Positions 1 through 13,200 of a stretch of 64,000 nt of DNA are shown here, in pieces. Location: positions 1,240,001 to 1,304,000 of the forward strand of contig JASTWF010000036.1 in the NCBI GenBank assembly GCA_030390025.1. Reading direction: 5' to 3'. A program made the translations under genes and the position numbers. This DNA is from Squalus acanthias (lineage: Eukaryota). Within the stretch, counting starts at the first letter, position 1; the number at the start of each line of letters is the position of its first letter. The notes under the pieces were generated by a model. It saw only the letters and a program-made list of their open reading frames with translations, made no database searches and had not been told where the DNA came from.

Positions 1-3000
1 CTCTCTCTCTGTCTCGCGCTCTCTCTCTCTCCAGCTCACTCTCTCTATCTCGCTCGCGCTCTCTTTGGCTCGATCTCTCTGTCTCGCTCGCGCTCTCTCT
101 CTGGCTCGCTCTCTCTGTCTCTCTCTCTCTGGCTCGCTCTCTCTGTCTCGCTCTCTCTCTGTCTCGCTCGCTCTCTCTCTGGCTCGCTCTCTGTGTCTCG
201 CTCGCTCTCTCTGTCTCACTCGCTCTCTCTGTCTCGCTAGCTCTCTCTCTGGCTCGCTCTCTCTGTCTCGCTCTCTCTCTGTCTCGCTCGTTCTCTCTCT
301 GGCTCGCTCTCTCTGTCTCGCTCTCTCTCTGTCTCGCTCTCTCTCTGTCTCGCTCGTTCTCTCTCTGGCTCGCTCTCTCTGTCTCGCTCTCTCTCTGTCT
401 CGCTCGCTCTCTCTCTGGCTCGCTCTCTGTGTCTCGCTCGCTCTCTCTGTCTCACTCGCTCTCTCTGTCTCGCTCGCTCTCTCTGTCTCGCTCGCTCTCT
501 CTCTGGCTCACTCTCTGTCTCGCTCTCTCTCTGTCTCGCTCGCTCTCTCTGTCTCGCTCGCTCTCTGTCTCGCTCTCTCTGTCTCGCTCGCTCTCTCTGT
601 CTCGCTCTCTCTCTCTCTGGCTCGCTCGCTCTCTCTGTCTCGCTTGCTCTCTCTCTGTCTCGCTCTCTCTCTGTCTCATTCGCTCTCTCTGTCTCGCTCG
701 CTCGCTCTCTCTGTCTCGCTCGTTCTCACTCTGTCTCGCTCTCTCTGTCTCGCTCTCTCTCTGGCTCTCTCTGTCTCGCTCTTTCTGTGTCTCGCTCGCT
801 CTCTCTGTCTCGCTTGCTCTCTCTCTGTCTCGTTCTCTCTCTGTCTCACTCGCTCTCTCTGTCTCGCTCGCTCACTCTCTCTGACTCGCTCACTCTCTCT
901 GACTCACTCTCTCTCTGGCTCGCTCTCTCTGTCTCGCTCACTCTCTCTGTCTCTCTCTCTCTGGCTCGCTCTCTCTCTCTGTCTCTCTCTCTCTGTCTCT
1001 CTCTCTCTGGCTCGCTCTCTCTCTCTGGCTCGCTCTCTCTGTCTCGCTCTCTCTGTCTCTCTCTCTCTGTCTCTCTCTCTCTGGCTCGCTCTCTCTGGCT
1101 CGCTCTCTCTGTCTCTCTCTCTCTGGCTCGCTCTCTCTGTCTCGCTCACTCTCTGTCTCTCTCTCTGTCTCGCTCTCTCTGTCTCGCTCTCTCTGTCTCG
1201 CTCTCTGTCTCTCTCTCTCTGTCTCGCTCTCTCTGTCTCGCTCACTCTCTGTCTCTCTCTCTGTCTCGCTCTCTCTGTCTCGCTCTCTCTGTCTCGCTCT
1301 CTGTCTCGCTCTCTCTGTCTCTCTCTCTCTGTCTCTCTCTCTCTGTCTCGCTCTCTCTGTCTCGCTCGCTCTCTCTATGTCTCGCTCTCTCTGTCTCGCT
1401 CTCTCTGGCTCGCTCTCTCTGTCTCGCTCTCTCTGTCTCGCTCTCTCTCTGTCTCGCTCTCTCTGTCTCGCTCTCTCTCTGTCTCTCTCCCTCTGTCTCG
1501 CTCTCTCTGCCTCGCTCTCTCTGTCTCGCTCTCTCTGTCTCGCTCGCTCTCTCTCTGTCTCTCTCCCTCTGTCTCGCTCTCTCTGTCTCTCTCTCTCTGG
1601 CTCGCTCTCTCTGTCTCGCTCGCTCTCTCTCTGTCTCTCTCTTTCTGTCTCGCTCTCTCTGTCTCGCTCTCTCTGTCTCGCTCACTCTCTCTGTCTCTCT
1701 CTCTCTGGCTGGCTCTCTCTGTCTCGCTCGTTCTCTCTCTGTCTCGCTCTCTCTGTCTCGCTCGCTCTCTCTGTCTCGCTCTCTCTCTGTCTCGCTCGCT
1801 CTCTGTGTCTCGCTCTCTCTGTCTCGCTCTCTCTCTGTCTCGCTCTCTCTGGCTCGCTCGTTCTCTCTCTGTCTCGCTATCTCTCTGTCTCGCTCTCTCT
1901 GTCTCGCTCTCTCTCTGTCTTGCTCTCTCTGTCTCGCCATCTCTGTCTCGCTCTCTCTGTCTCGCTCGTTCTCTCTCTGTCTCGCTCTCTCTGTCTCGCT
2001 CACTCTCTCTGTCTCTCTCTCTCTGTCTCGCTCTCTCTGTCTCGCTCTCTCTCTGTCTCGCTCTCTCTGTCTCGCTCACTCTCTCTGTCTCGCTCTCTCT
2101 GTCTCGCTCTCTCTCTGTCTCGCTCTCTGTCTCGCTCACTCTCTCTGTCTCTCTCTCTCTGTCTCGCTCTCTCTGTCTCGCTCTCTCTCTGTCTCGCTCT
2201 CTCTGTCTCGCTCACTCTCTCTGTCTCGCTCTCTCTGTCTCGCTCTCTCTCTGTCTCGCTCTGTCTGTCTGGCTCACTCTCTGGCTCGCTCTCTCTGTCT
2301 CGCTCTCTCTGTCTCGCTCTCTCTGTCTCGCTCTCTCTCTGTCTCGCTCTCTCTGTCTCGCTCACTCTCTCTGTCTCTCTCTCTCTGTCTCGCTCTCTCT
2401 GTCTCGCTCTCTCTCTGTCTCGCTCTCTCTGTCTCGCTCACTCTCTCTGTCTCGCTCTCTCTGTCTCGCTCTCTCTCTGTCTCGCTCTCTGTCTCGCTCA
2501 CTCTCTCTGTCTCTCTCTCTCTGTCTCGCTCTCTCTGTCTCGCTCTCTCTCTGTCTCGCTCTCTCTGTCTCGCTCACTCTCTCTGTCTCGCTCTCTCTGT
2601 CTCGCTCTCTCTCTGTCTCGCTCTGTCTGTCTGGCTCACTCTCTGGCTCGCTCTCTCTGTCTCGCTCTCTCTGTCTCGCTCTCTCTGTCTCGCTCTCTCT
2701 GTCTCGCTCTCTCTCTGTCTCTCTCTGTCTCGCTCTCACTCTGTCTCACTCTCTCTGTCTCGCTCTCTCTGTCTCGCTCGTTCTCTCTCTGTCTCACTCT
2801 CTCTGTCTCGCTCGTTCTCTCTCTGTCTCGCTCTCTCTGTCTCGCTCTCTCTGTCTCGCTCGCTCTGTCTCGCTCTCACTGTCTCGCTCTCTCTCTCTGT
2901 CTCTCGCTCTGTCTCGCTCTCTCTCTGTCTCATCCTCTCTGTCTCGCACTCTCTGTCTCGCTCGTTCTCTCTGTCTCGCTCTCTCTGTCTCGCTCGCTCT

Positions 3001-6000
3001 CTCTGTCTCGCTCTCTCTCTGTCTCGCTCGCTCTCTCTGTCTCGCTCTCTCTGTCTCGCTCTCTCTCTGTCTCGCTCTCTCTGGCTCGCTCGTTCTCTCT
3101 CTGTCTCGCTCTCTCTCTGTCTCGCTCTCTCTGTCTCGCTCTCTCTCTGTCTCGCTCTCTCTGTCTCGCTCTCTCTGTCTCGCTCTCTCTCTGTCTCGCT
3201 CTCTCTGTCTCGCTCACTCTCTCTGTCTCGCTCTCTCTGTCTCGCTCTATCTCTGTCTCGCTCTCTCTGTCTCGCTCACTCTCTCTGGCTCGCTCTCTCT
3301 GTCTCGCTCTCTCTGTCTCGCTCGCGCTCTCTGTCTCGCTCTCTCTCTGTCTCGCTCGCTCTCTCTGTCTCGCTCTCTCTGTCTCGCTCTCTCTCTGTCT
3401 CGCTCTCTCTGGCTCGCTCGTTCTCTCTCTGTCTCGCTCTCTCTCTGTCTCGCTCCCTCTGTCTCGCTCTCTCTCTGTCTCGCTCTCTCTCTGTCTCGCT
3501 CTCTCTCTGTCTCGCTCTCTCTGTCTCGCTTTCTCTGTCTCGCTCTCTCTGTCTCGCTCTCTCTGTCTCTCTCTCTCTGGCTCTCTCTCTCTCTCTGTCT
3601 CTCTCTCTCTGGCTCGCTCTCTCTCTGTCTCGCTCTCTCTCTGTCTCGCTCTCTCTCTGTCTCTCTCTGTCTCTCTCTCTCTGTCTCGCTCTCTCTGTCT
3701 CGCTCTCTCTGGCTCGCTCTCTCTGTCTCGCTCACTCTCTCTGTCTCGCTCAGTCTCTCTGTCTCGTTCTCTCTCTGGCTCGCTCTCTCTGTCTCGCTCT
3801 CTCTCTGTCTCGCTCTCTCTCTGTCTCGCTCTCTCTGTCTCGCTCTCTCTGTCTCGCTCACTCTCTCTGTCTCGCTCTCTCTGTCTCGCTCTCTCTCTGT
3901 CTCGCTCTGTCTGTCTGGCTCACTCTCTGGCTCGCTCTCTCTGTCTCGCTCTCTCTGTCTCGCTCTCTCTGTCTCGCTCTCTCTCTGTCTCGCTCTCTCT
4001 GTCTCGCTCACTCTCTCTGTCTCTCTCTCTCTGTCTCGCTCTCTCTGTCTCGCTCTCTCTCTGTCTCGCTCTCTCTGTCTCGCTCACTCTCTCTGTCTCG
4101 CTCTCTCTGTCTCGCTCTCTCTCTGTCTCGCTCTCTGTCTCGCTCACTCTCTCTGTCTCTCTCTCTCTGTCTCGCTCTCTCTGTCTCGCTCTCTCTCTGT
4201 CTCGCTCTCTCTGTCTCGCTCACTCTCTCTGTCTCGCTCTCTCTGTCTCGCTCTCTCTCTGTCTCGCTCTGTCTGTCTGGCTCACTCTCTGGCTCGCTCT
4301 CTCTGTCTCGCTCTCTCTGTCTCGCTCTCTCTGTCTCGCTCTCTCTCTGTCTCTCTCTGTCTCGCTCTCACTCTGTCTCACTCTCTCTGTCTCGCTCTCT
4401 CTGTCTCGCTCGTTCTCTCTCTGTCTCACTCTCTCTGTCTCGCTCGTTCTCTCTCTGTCTCGCTCTCTCTGTCTCGCTCTCTCTGTCTCGCTCGCTCTGT
4501 CTCGCTCTCACTGTCTCGCTCTCTCTCTCTGTCTCTCGCTCTGTCTCGCTCTCTCTCTGTCTCATCCTCTCTGTCTCGCACTCTCTGTCTCGCTCGTTCT
4601 CTCTGTCTCGCTCTCTCTGTCTCGCTCGCTCTCTCTGTCTCGCTCTCTCTCTGTCTCGCTCGCTCTCTCTGTCTCGCTCTCTCTGTCTCGCTCTCTCTCT
4701 GTCTCGCTCTCTCTGGCTCGCTCGTTCTCTCTCTGTCTCGCTCTCTCTCTGTCTCGCTCTCTCTGTCTCGCTCTCTCTCTGTCTCGCTCTCTCTGTCTCG
4801 CTCTCTCTGTCTCGCTCTCTCTCTGTCTCGCTCTCTCTGTCTCGCTCACTCTCTCTGTCTCGCTCTCTCTGTCTCGCTCTATCTCTGTCTCGCTCTCTCT
4901 GTCTCGCTCACTCTCTCTGGCTCGCTCTGTCTGTCTCGCTCTCTCTGTCTCGCTCGCGCTCTCTGTCTCGCTCTCTCTCTGTCTCGCTCGCTCTCTCTGT
5001 CTCGCTCTCTCTGTCTCGCTCTCTCTCTGTCTCGCTCTCTCTGGCTCGCTCGTTCTCTCTCTGTCTCGCTCTCTCTCTGTCTCGCTCCCTCTGTCTCGCT
5101 CTCTCTCTGTCTCGCTCTCTCTCTGTCTCGCTCTCTCTCTGTCTCGCTCTCTCTGTCTCGCTTTCTCTGTCTCGCTCTCTCTGTCTCGCTCTCTCTGTCT
5201 CTCTCTCTCTGGCTCTCTCTCTCTCTCTGTCTCTCTCTCTCTGGCTCGCTCTCTCTCTGTCTCGCTCTCTCTCTGTCTCGCTCTCTCTCTGTCTCTCTCT
5301 GTCTCTCTCTCTCTGTCTCGCTCTCTCTGTCTCGCTCTCTCTGGCTCGCTCTCTCTGTCTCGCTCACTCTCTCTGTCTCGCTCAGTCTCTCTGTCTCGTT
5401 CTCTCTCTGGCTCGCTCTCTCTGTCTCGCTCTCTCTCTGTCTCGCTCTCTCTCTGTCTCGCTCTCTCTGTCTCGCTCTCTCTGTCTCGCTCACTCTCTCT
5501 GTCTCGCTCTCTCTCTCTGTCTCTCTCTGTCTCGCTCTCTCTCTGTCTCGCTGTCTCTGTCTCGCTCTCTCTGTCTCGCTCTCTCTGTCTCGCTCTCTCT
5601 GTCTCGCTCTCTCTCTCTGTCTCTCGCTCTGTCTCGCTCTCTCTCTGTCTCATCCTCTCTGTCTCACACTCTCTGTCTCGCTCGTTCTCTCTCTGTCTCA
5701 CTTTCTCTGTCTCGCTCTCTCTGTCTCGCTCGTTCTCTCTCTGTCTCGCTCTCTCTGTCTCGCTCGCTCTCTCTGTCTCGCTCTCTCTCTGTCTCGCTCG
5801 CTCTCTCTGTCTCGCTCTCTCTGTCTCGCTCTCTCTGTCTCGCTCTCTCTGGCTCGCTCGTTCTCTCTCTGTCTCGCTCTCTCTGTCTCGCTCTCTCTCT
5901 GTCTCACTCTCTCTGGCTCGCTCGTTCTCTCTCTGTCTCGCTCTCTCTCTGTCTCGCTCTCTCTGTCTCGCTCTCTCTCTGTCTCGCTCTCTCTGTCTCG

Positions 6001-9000
6001 CTCTCTCTGTCTCGCTCTCTCTCTGTCTCGTTCACTCTCTCTGTCTCGCTCTCTCTGTCTCGCTCTCTCTCTGTCTCGCTCTCTCTGTCTCGCTCACTCT
6101 CTCTGGCTCGTTCTCTCTGTCTCGCTCTCTCTGTCTCGCTCGCTCTCTCTGTCTCGCTCTCTCTCTGTCTCGCTCGCTCTCTGTGTCTCGCTCTCTCTGT
6201 CTCGCTCTCTCTCTGTCTCGCTCTCTCTGGCTCGCTCGTTCTCTCTCTGTCTCGCTATCTCTCTGTCTCGCTCTCTCTGTCTCGCTCTCTCTCTGTCTTG
6301 CTCTCTCTGTCTCGCCATCTCTGTCTCGCTCTCTCTGTCTCGCTCGTTCTCTCTCTGTCTCGCTCTCTCTGTCTCGCTCACTCTCTCTGTCTCTCTCTCT
6401 CTGTCTCGCTCTCTCTGTCTCGCTCTCTCTCTGTCTCGCTCTCTCTGTCTCGCTCACTCTCTCTGTCTCGCTCTCTCTGTCTCGCTCTCTCTCTGTCTCG
6501 CTCTCTGTCTCGCTCACTCTCTCTGTCTCTCTCTCTCTGTCTCGCTCTCTCTGTCTCGCTCTCTCTCTGTCTCGCTCTCTCTGTCTCGCTCACTCTCTCT
6601 GTCTCGCTCTCTCTGTCTCGCTCTCTCTCTGTCTCGCTCTGTCTGTCTGGCTCACTCTCTGGCTCGCTCTCTCTGTCTCGCTCTCTCTGTCTCGCTCTCT
6701 CTGTCTCGCTCTCTCTCTGTCTCGCTCTCTCTGTCTCGCTCACTCTCTCTGTCTCTCTCTCTCTGTCTCGCTCTCTCTGTCTCGCTCTCTCTCTGTCTCG
6801 CTCTCTCTGTCTCGCTCACTCTCTCTGTCTCGCTCTCTCTGTCTCGCTCTCTCTCTGTCTCGCTCTCTGTCTCGCTCACTCTCTCTGTCTCTCTCTCTCT
6901 GTCTCGCTCTCTCTGTCTCGCTCTCTCTCTGTCTCGCTCTCTCTGTCTCGCTCACTCTCTCTGTCTCGCTCTCTCTGTCTCGCTCTCTCTCTGTCTCGCT
7001 CTGTCTGTCTGGCTCACTCTCTGGCTCGCTCTCTCTGTCTCGCTCTCTCTGTCTCGCTCTCTCTGTCTCGCTCTCTCTGTCTCGCTCTCTCTCTGTCTCT
7101 CTCTGTCTCGCTCTCTCTCTGTCTCACTCTCTCTGTCTCGCTCTCTCTGTCTCGCTCGTTCTCTCTCTGTCTCACTCTCTCTGTCTCGCTCGTTCTCTCT
7201 CTGTCTCGCTCTCTCTGTCTCGCTCTCTCTGTCTCGCTCGCTCTGTCTCGCTCTCACTGTCTCGCTCTCTCTCTCTGTCTCTCGCTCTGTCTCGCTCTCT
7301 CTCTGTCTCATCCTCTCTGTCTCGCACTCTCTGTCTCGCTCGTCTCTCTGTCTCGCTCTCTCTGTCTCGCTCGCTCTCTCTGTCTCGCTCTCTCTCTGTC
7401 TCGCTCGCTCTCTCAGTCTCGCTCTCTCTGTCTCGCTCTCTCTCTGTCTCGCTCTCTCTGGCTCGCTCGTTCTCTCTCTGTCTCGCTCTCTTCTCTGTCT
7501 CGCTCTCTCTGTCTCGCTCTCTCTCTGTCTCGCTCTTCTGTCTCTCTCTCTCTCTGTCTCGCTCTCTTCTGTCTCGCTCTCTCTGTCTCGCTCACTCTCT
7601 CTGTCTCGCTCTCTCTGTCTCGCTCCTATCACTGTCTCGCTCTCTCTGTCTCGCTCACTCTCTCTGGCTCTCTCTCTCTGTCTCGCTCTCTCTCTGTCTC
7701 GCTCGCTCTCTCTGTCTCTCTCTCTCAGTCTCGCTCGCTCTCTCTGTCTCGCTCTCTCTGTCTCTGTCTCTCTCTTGTCTCTCTCTCTCTGCTCGCTCGT
7801 TCTCTCTCTGTCTCGCTCTCTCTCTGTCTCGCTCCTCTGTCTCGCTCTCTCTCTGTCTCGCTCTCTCTCTGTCTCGCTCTCTCTCTGTCTCGCTCTCTCT
7901 GTCTCGCTTTCTCTGTCTCGCTCTCTCTGTCTCGCTCTCTCTGTCTCTCTCTGGCTCTCTCTCTCTCTGTCTCTCTCTCTCTGGCTCGCTCTCTCTCTGT
8001 CTCGCTCTCTCTCTGTCTCGCTCTCTCTCTGTCTCTCTCTGTCTCTCTCTCTCTGTCTCGCTCTCTCTGTCTCGCTCTCTCTGGCTCGCTCTCTCTGTCT
8101 CGCTCTCTCTCTGTCTCGCTCCGTCTCTCTGTCTCGTTCTCTCTCTGGCTCGCTCTCTCTGTCTCGCTCTCTCTCTGTCTCGCTCTCTCTCTGTCTCGCT
8201 CTCTCTGTCTCGCTCACTCTCTCTGTCTCGCTCTCTCTCTGTCTCGCTCTCTCTCTCTGTCTCTCTCTGTCTCGCTCTCTCTCTGTCTCGCTGTCTCTGT
8301 CTCGCTCTCTCTGTCTCGCTCTCTCTGTCTCGCTCTCTCTGTCTCGCTCTCTCTCTCTGTCTCTCGCTCTGTCTCGCTCTCTCTCTGTCTCATCCTCTCT
8401 GTCTCACACTCTCTGTCTCGCTCGTTCTCTCTCTGTCTCACTTTCTCTGTCTCGCTCTCTCTGTCTCGCTCGTTCTCTCTCTGTCTCGCTCTCTCTGTCT
8501 CGCTCGCTCTCTCTGTCTCGCTCTCTCTCTGTCTCGCTCGCTCTCTCTGTCTCGCTCTCTCTGTCTCGCTCTCTCTGTCTCGCTCTCTCTGGCTCGCTCG
8601 TTCTCTCTCTGTCTCGCTCTCTCTGTCTCGCTCTCTCTCTGTCTCACTCTCTCTGGCTCGCTCGTTCTCTCTCTGTCTCGCTCTCTCTCTGTCTCGCTCT
8701 CTCTGTCTCGCTCTCTCTCTGTCTCGCTCTCTCTGTCTCGCTCTCTCTGTCTCGCTCTCTCTCTGTCTCGTTCTCTCTCTCTGTCTCGCTCTCTCTGTCT
8801 CGCTCTCTCTCTGTCTCGCTCTCTCTGTCTCGCTCACTCTCTCTGGCTCGTTCTCTCTGTCTCGCTCTCTCTTTCTCGCTCGCTCTCTCTGTCTCGCTCT
8901 CTCTCTGTCTCGCTCGCTCTCTCTGTCTCGCTCTCTCTGTCTCGCTCTCTCTCTGTCTCGCTCTCTCTGGCTCGCTCGTTCTCTCTCTGTCTCGCTCTCA

Positions 9001-9927
9001 CTCTGTCTCGCTCTCTCTGTCTCGCTCTCTCTCTGTCTCGCTCTCTCTCTGTCTCGCTCTCTCTCTGTCTCGCTCTCTCTGTCTCGCTTTCTCTGTCTCG
9101 CTCTCTCTGTCTCGCTCTCTCTGTCTCTCTCTCTCTGGCTCGCTCTCTCTCTGTCTCGCTCTCTCTCTGTCTCGCTCTCTCTCTGTCTCTCTCTGTCTCT
9201 CTCTCTCTGTCTCGCTCTCTCTGTCTCGCTCTCTCTGGCTCGCTCTCTCTGTCTCGCTCACTCTCTCTGTCTCGCTCACTCTCTCTGTCTCGTTCTCTCT
9301 CTGGCTCGCTCTCTCTGTCTCGCTCTCTCTCTGTCTCGCTCTCTCTCTGTCTCTCTCTCTCTGTCTCGCTCACTCTCTCTGTCTCGCTCTCTCTCTGTCT
9401 CTCTCTCTCTGTCTCGCTCTCTCTGTCTCGCTCGTTCTCTCTCTGTCTCGCTCTCTCTGGCTCGCTCTCTCTGTCTCGCTCACTCTCTCTGTCTCTCTCT
9501 CTCTGTCTCTCCCTCTCTGTCTCTCTCTCTCTGTCTCGCTCTCTCTGTCTCGCTCTCTCTGTCTCGCTCTCTCTGTCTCGCTCTCTCTCTCTGTCTCTCT
9601 CTGTCTCGCTCTCTCTCTGTCTCACTCTCTCTGTCTCGATCTCTCTGTCTCGCTCGTTCTCTCTCTGTCTCACTCTCTCTGTCTCGCTCGTTCTCTCTCT
9701 GTCTCGCTCTCTCTGTCTCGCTCTCTCTGTCTCGCTCTCTCTCTGTCTTTCTCTCTGTCTCGCTCTCTCTCTGTCTGACTCTCTCTGTCTCGCTCTCTCT
9801 GTCTCGCTCTCTCTCTCTGTCTCTCTCTGTCTCTCTCTCTCTGTTCTCTCTCTCTCTCTCTGTCCTCTCTCTCTCTCTCTGTCTCTCTCTCTCTGTCTCT
9901 CTCTCTCTCTGTCTCTCTCTCTCTGTC

Positions 9928-9973
<46 letters not shown>

Positions 9974-10022
9974 TCTGTCTCTCTCTCACTGTCGTCTCTC
10001 TCTCTCTCTCTGTCTCTCTCTC

Positions 10023-10068
<46 letters not shown>

Positions 10069-10156
10069 TGCTCTCTCGTCTCTCTCTCTCTCTCTGTCTC
10101 TCTCTCTCTGCTCTCTCTCTCTGTCTCTCTCTGTCTGTCTCTCTCTGCTCTCTCTC

Positions 10157-10202
<46 letters not shown>

Positions 10203-10216
10203 TCTCTGTCTCTCTG

Positions 10217-10258
<42 letters not shown>

Positions 10259-13200
10259 GTCTCTCTCTGTCTCTCTCTCTCTCTCTCGCTCACTCTCTCT
10301 GTCTCTCTCTCTCTGTCTCGCTCTCTCTGTCTCGCTCTCTCTCTGTCTCGCTCTCTCTGTCTCGCTCACTCTCTCTGTCTCGCTCTCTCTGTCTCGCTCT
10401 CTCTCTGTCTCGCTCTCTGTCTCGCTCACTCTCTCTGTCTCTCTCTCTCTGTCTCGCTCTCTCTGTCTCGCTCTCTCTCTGTCTCGCTCTCTCTGTCTCG
10501 CTCACTCTCTCTGTCTCGCTCTCTCTGTCTCGCTCTCTCTCTGTCTCGCTCTGTCTGTCTGGCTCACTCTCTGGCTCGCTCTCTCTGTCTCGCTCTCTCT
10601 GTCTCGCTCTCTCTGTCTCGCTCTCTCTGTCTCGCTCTCTCTCTCTGTCTCTCTCTGTCTCGCTCTCTCTCTGTCTCACTCTCTCTGTCTCGCTCTCTCT
10701 GTCTCGCTCGTTCTCTCTCTGTCTCACTCTCTCTGTCTCGCTCTTCTCTCTCTGTCTCGCTCTCTCTGTCTCGCTCTCTCTGTCTCGCTCGCTCTGTCTC
10801 GCTCTCACTGTCTCGCTCTCTCTCTCTGTCTCTCGCTCTGTCTCGCTCTCTCTCTGTCTCATCCTCTCTGTCTCGCACTCTCTGTCTCGCTCGTTCTCTC
10901 TGTCTCGCTCTCTCTGTCTCGCTCGCTCTCTCTGTCTCGCTCTCTCTCTGTCTCGCTCGCTCTCTCTGTCTCGCTCTCTCTGTCTCGCTCTCTCTCTGTC
11001 TCGCTCTCTCTGGCTCGCTCGTCTCTCTCTGTCTCGCTCTCTCTCTGTCTCGCTCTCTCTGTCTCGCTCTCTCTCTGTCTCTCTCTCTCTGTCTCGCTCT
11101 CTCTGTCTCGCTCGTTCTCTCTCTCTCTCAGTCTCTCTCTGTCTCTCTCTCTCTCAGTCTCTCTCTGTCTCTCTCTCTCTCTCTGTCTCTCTCTCTCTCT
11201 GTCTCTCTCTCTGTCTCGCTCTCTCTGTCTCGCTCTCTCTGTCTCTCTCTCTCTGTCTCGCTCTCTCTCTGTCTCTCTCTGTCTCGCTCTCTGTCTCGCT
11301 CTCTCTGTCTCGCTCTCTCTGTCTCTCTCTCTCTGTCTCTCTCTGTCTCGCTCTCTCTCTGTCTCACTCTCTCTGTCTCGCTCTCTCTGTCTCGCTCGTT
11401 CTCTCTCTGTCTCNNNNNNNNNNNNNNNNNNNNNNNNNNNNNNNNNNNNNNNNNNNNNNNNNNNNNNNNNNNNNNNNNNNNNNNNNNNNNNNNNNNNNNN
11501 NNNNNNNNNNNNNNNNNNNNNNNNNNNNNNNNNNNNNNNNNNNNNNNNNNNNNNNNNNNNNNNNNNNNNNNNNNNNNNNNNNNNNNNNNNNNNNNNNNNN
11601 NNNNNNNNNNNNNNNNNNNNNNNNNNNNNNNNNNNNNNNNNNNNNNNNNNNNNNNNNNNNNNNNNNNNNNNNNNNNNNNNNNNNNNNNNNNNNNNNNNNN
11701 NNNNNNNNNNNNNNNNNNNNNNNNNNNNNNNNNNNNNNNNNNNNNNNNNNNNNNNNNNNNNNNNNNNNNNNNNNNNNNNNNNNNNNTCTCTGTCTCGCTC
11801 GTCTCTCTCTGGCTCGCTCTCTCTGTCTCGCTCTCTCTCTGTCTCGCTCGCTCTCTCTCTGGCTCGCTCTCTGTGTCTCACTCGCTCTCTCTGTCTCACT
11901 CGCTCTCTCTGTCTCACTCGCTCTCTCTGTCTCGCTCGCTCTCTCTCTGGCTCACTCTCTGTCTCGCTCTCTCTCTGTCTCGCTCGCTCTCTCTGTCTCG
12001 CTCGCTCTCTGTCTCGCTCTCTCTGTCTCGCTCGCTCTCTCTGTCTCGCTCTCTCTCTCTCTGGCTCGCTCGCTCTCTCTGTCTCGCTTGCTCTCTCTCT
12101 GTCTCGCTCTCTCTCTGTCTCATTCGCTCTCTCTGTCTCGCTCGCTCGCTCTCTCTGTCTCGCTCGTTCTCACTCTGTCTCGCTCTCTCTGTCTCGCTCT
12201 CTCTCTGGCTCTCTCTGTCTCGCTCTTTCTGTGTCTCGCTCGCTCTCTCTGTCTCGCTTGCTCTCTCTCTGTCTCGTTCTCTCTCTGTCTCACTCGCTCT
12301 CTCTGTCTCGCTCGCTCACTCTCTCTGACTCGCTCACTCTCTCTGACTCACTCTCTCTCTGGCTCGCTCTCTCTGTCTCGCTCACTCTCTCTGTCTCTCT
12401 CTCTCTGGCTCGCTCTCTCTCTCTGTCTCTCTCTCTCTGGCTCTCTCTCTCTGGCTCGCTCTCTCTCTCTGGCTCGCTCTCTCTGTCTCGCTCTCTCTGT
12501 CTCTCTCTCTCTGTCTCTCTCTCTCTGGCTCGCTCTCTCTCTCTGGCTCGCTCTCTCTGTCTCTCTCTCTCTGGCTCGCTCTCTCTGTCTCGCTCACTCT
12601 CTGTCTCTCTCTCTGTCTCGCTCTCTCTGTCTCGCTCTCTCTGTCTCGCTCTCTGTCTCTCTCTCTCTGTCTCGCTCTCTCTGTCTCGCTCACTCTCTGT
12701 CTCTCTCTCTGTCTCGCTCTCTCTGTCTCGCTCTCTCTGTCTCGCTCTCTGTCTCGCTCTCTCTGTCTCTCTCTCTCTGTCTCGCTCTCTCTGTCTCGCT
12801 CGCTCTCTCTATGTCTCGCTCTCTCTGTCTCGCTCTCTCTGGCTCGCTCTCTCTGTCTCGCTCTCTCTGTCTCGCTCTCTCTCTGTCTCGCTCTCTCTGT
12901 CTCGCTCTCTCTCTGTCTCTCTCCCTCTGTCTCGCTCTCTCTGCCTCGCTCTCTCTGTCTCGCTCTCTCTGTCTCGCTCGCTCTCTCTCTGTCTCTCTCC
13001 CTCTGTCTCGCTCTCTCTGTCTCTCTCTCTCTGGCTCGCTCTCTCTGTCTCGCTCGCTCTCTCTCTGTCTCTCTCTTTCTGTCTCGCTCTCTCTGTCTCG
13101 CTCTCTCTGTCTCGCTCACTCTCTCTGTCTCTCTCTCTCTGGCTGGCTCTCTCTGTCTCGCTCGCTCTCTCTCTGTCTCTCTCTCTCTGTCTCGCTCTCT

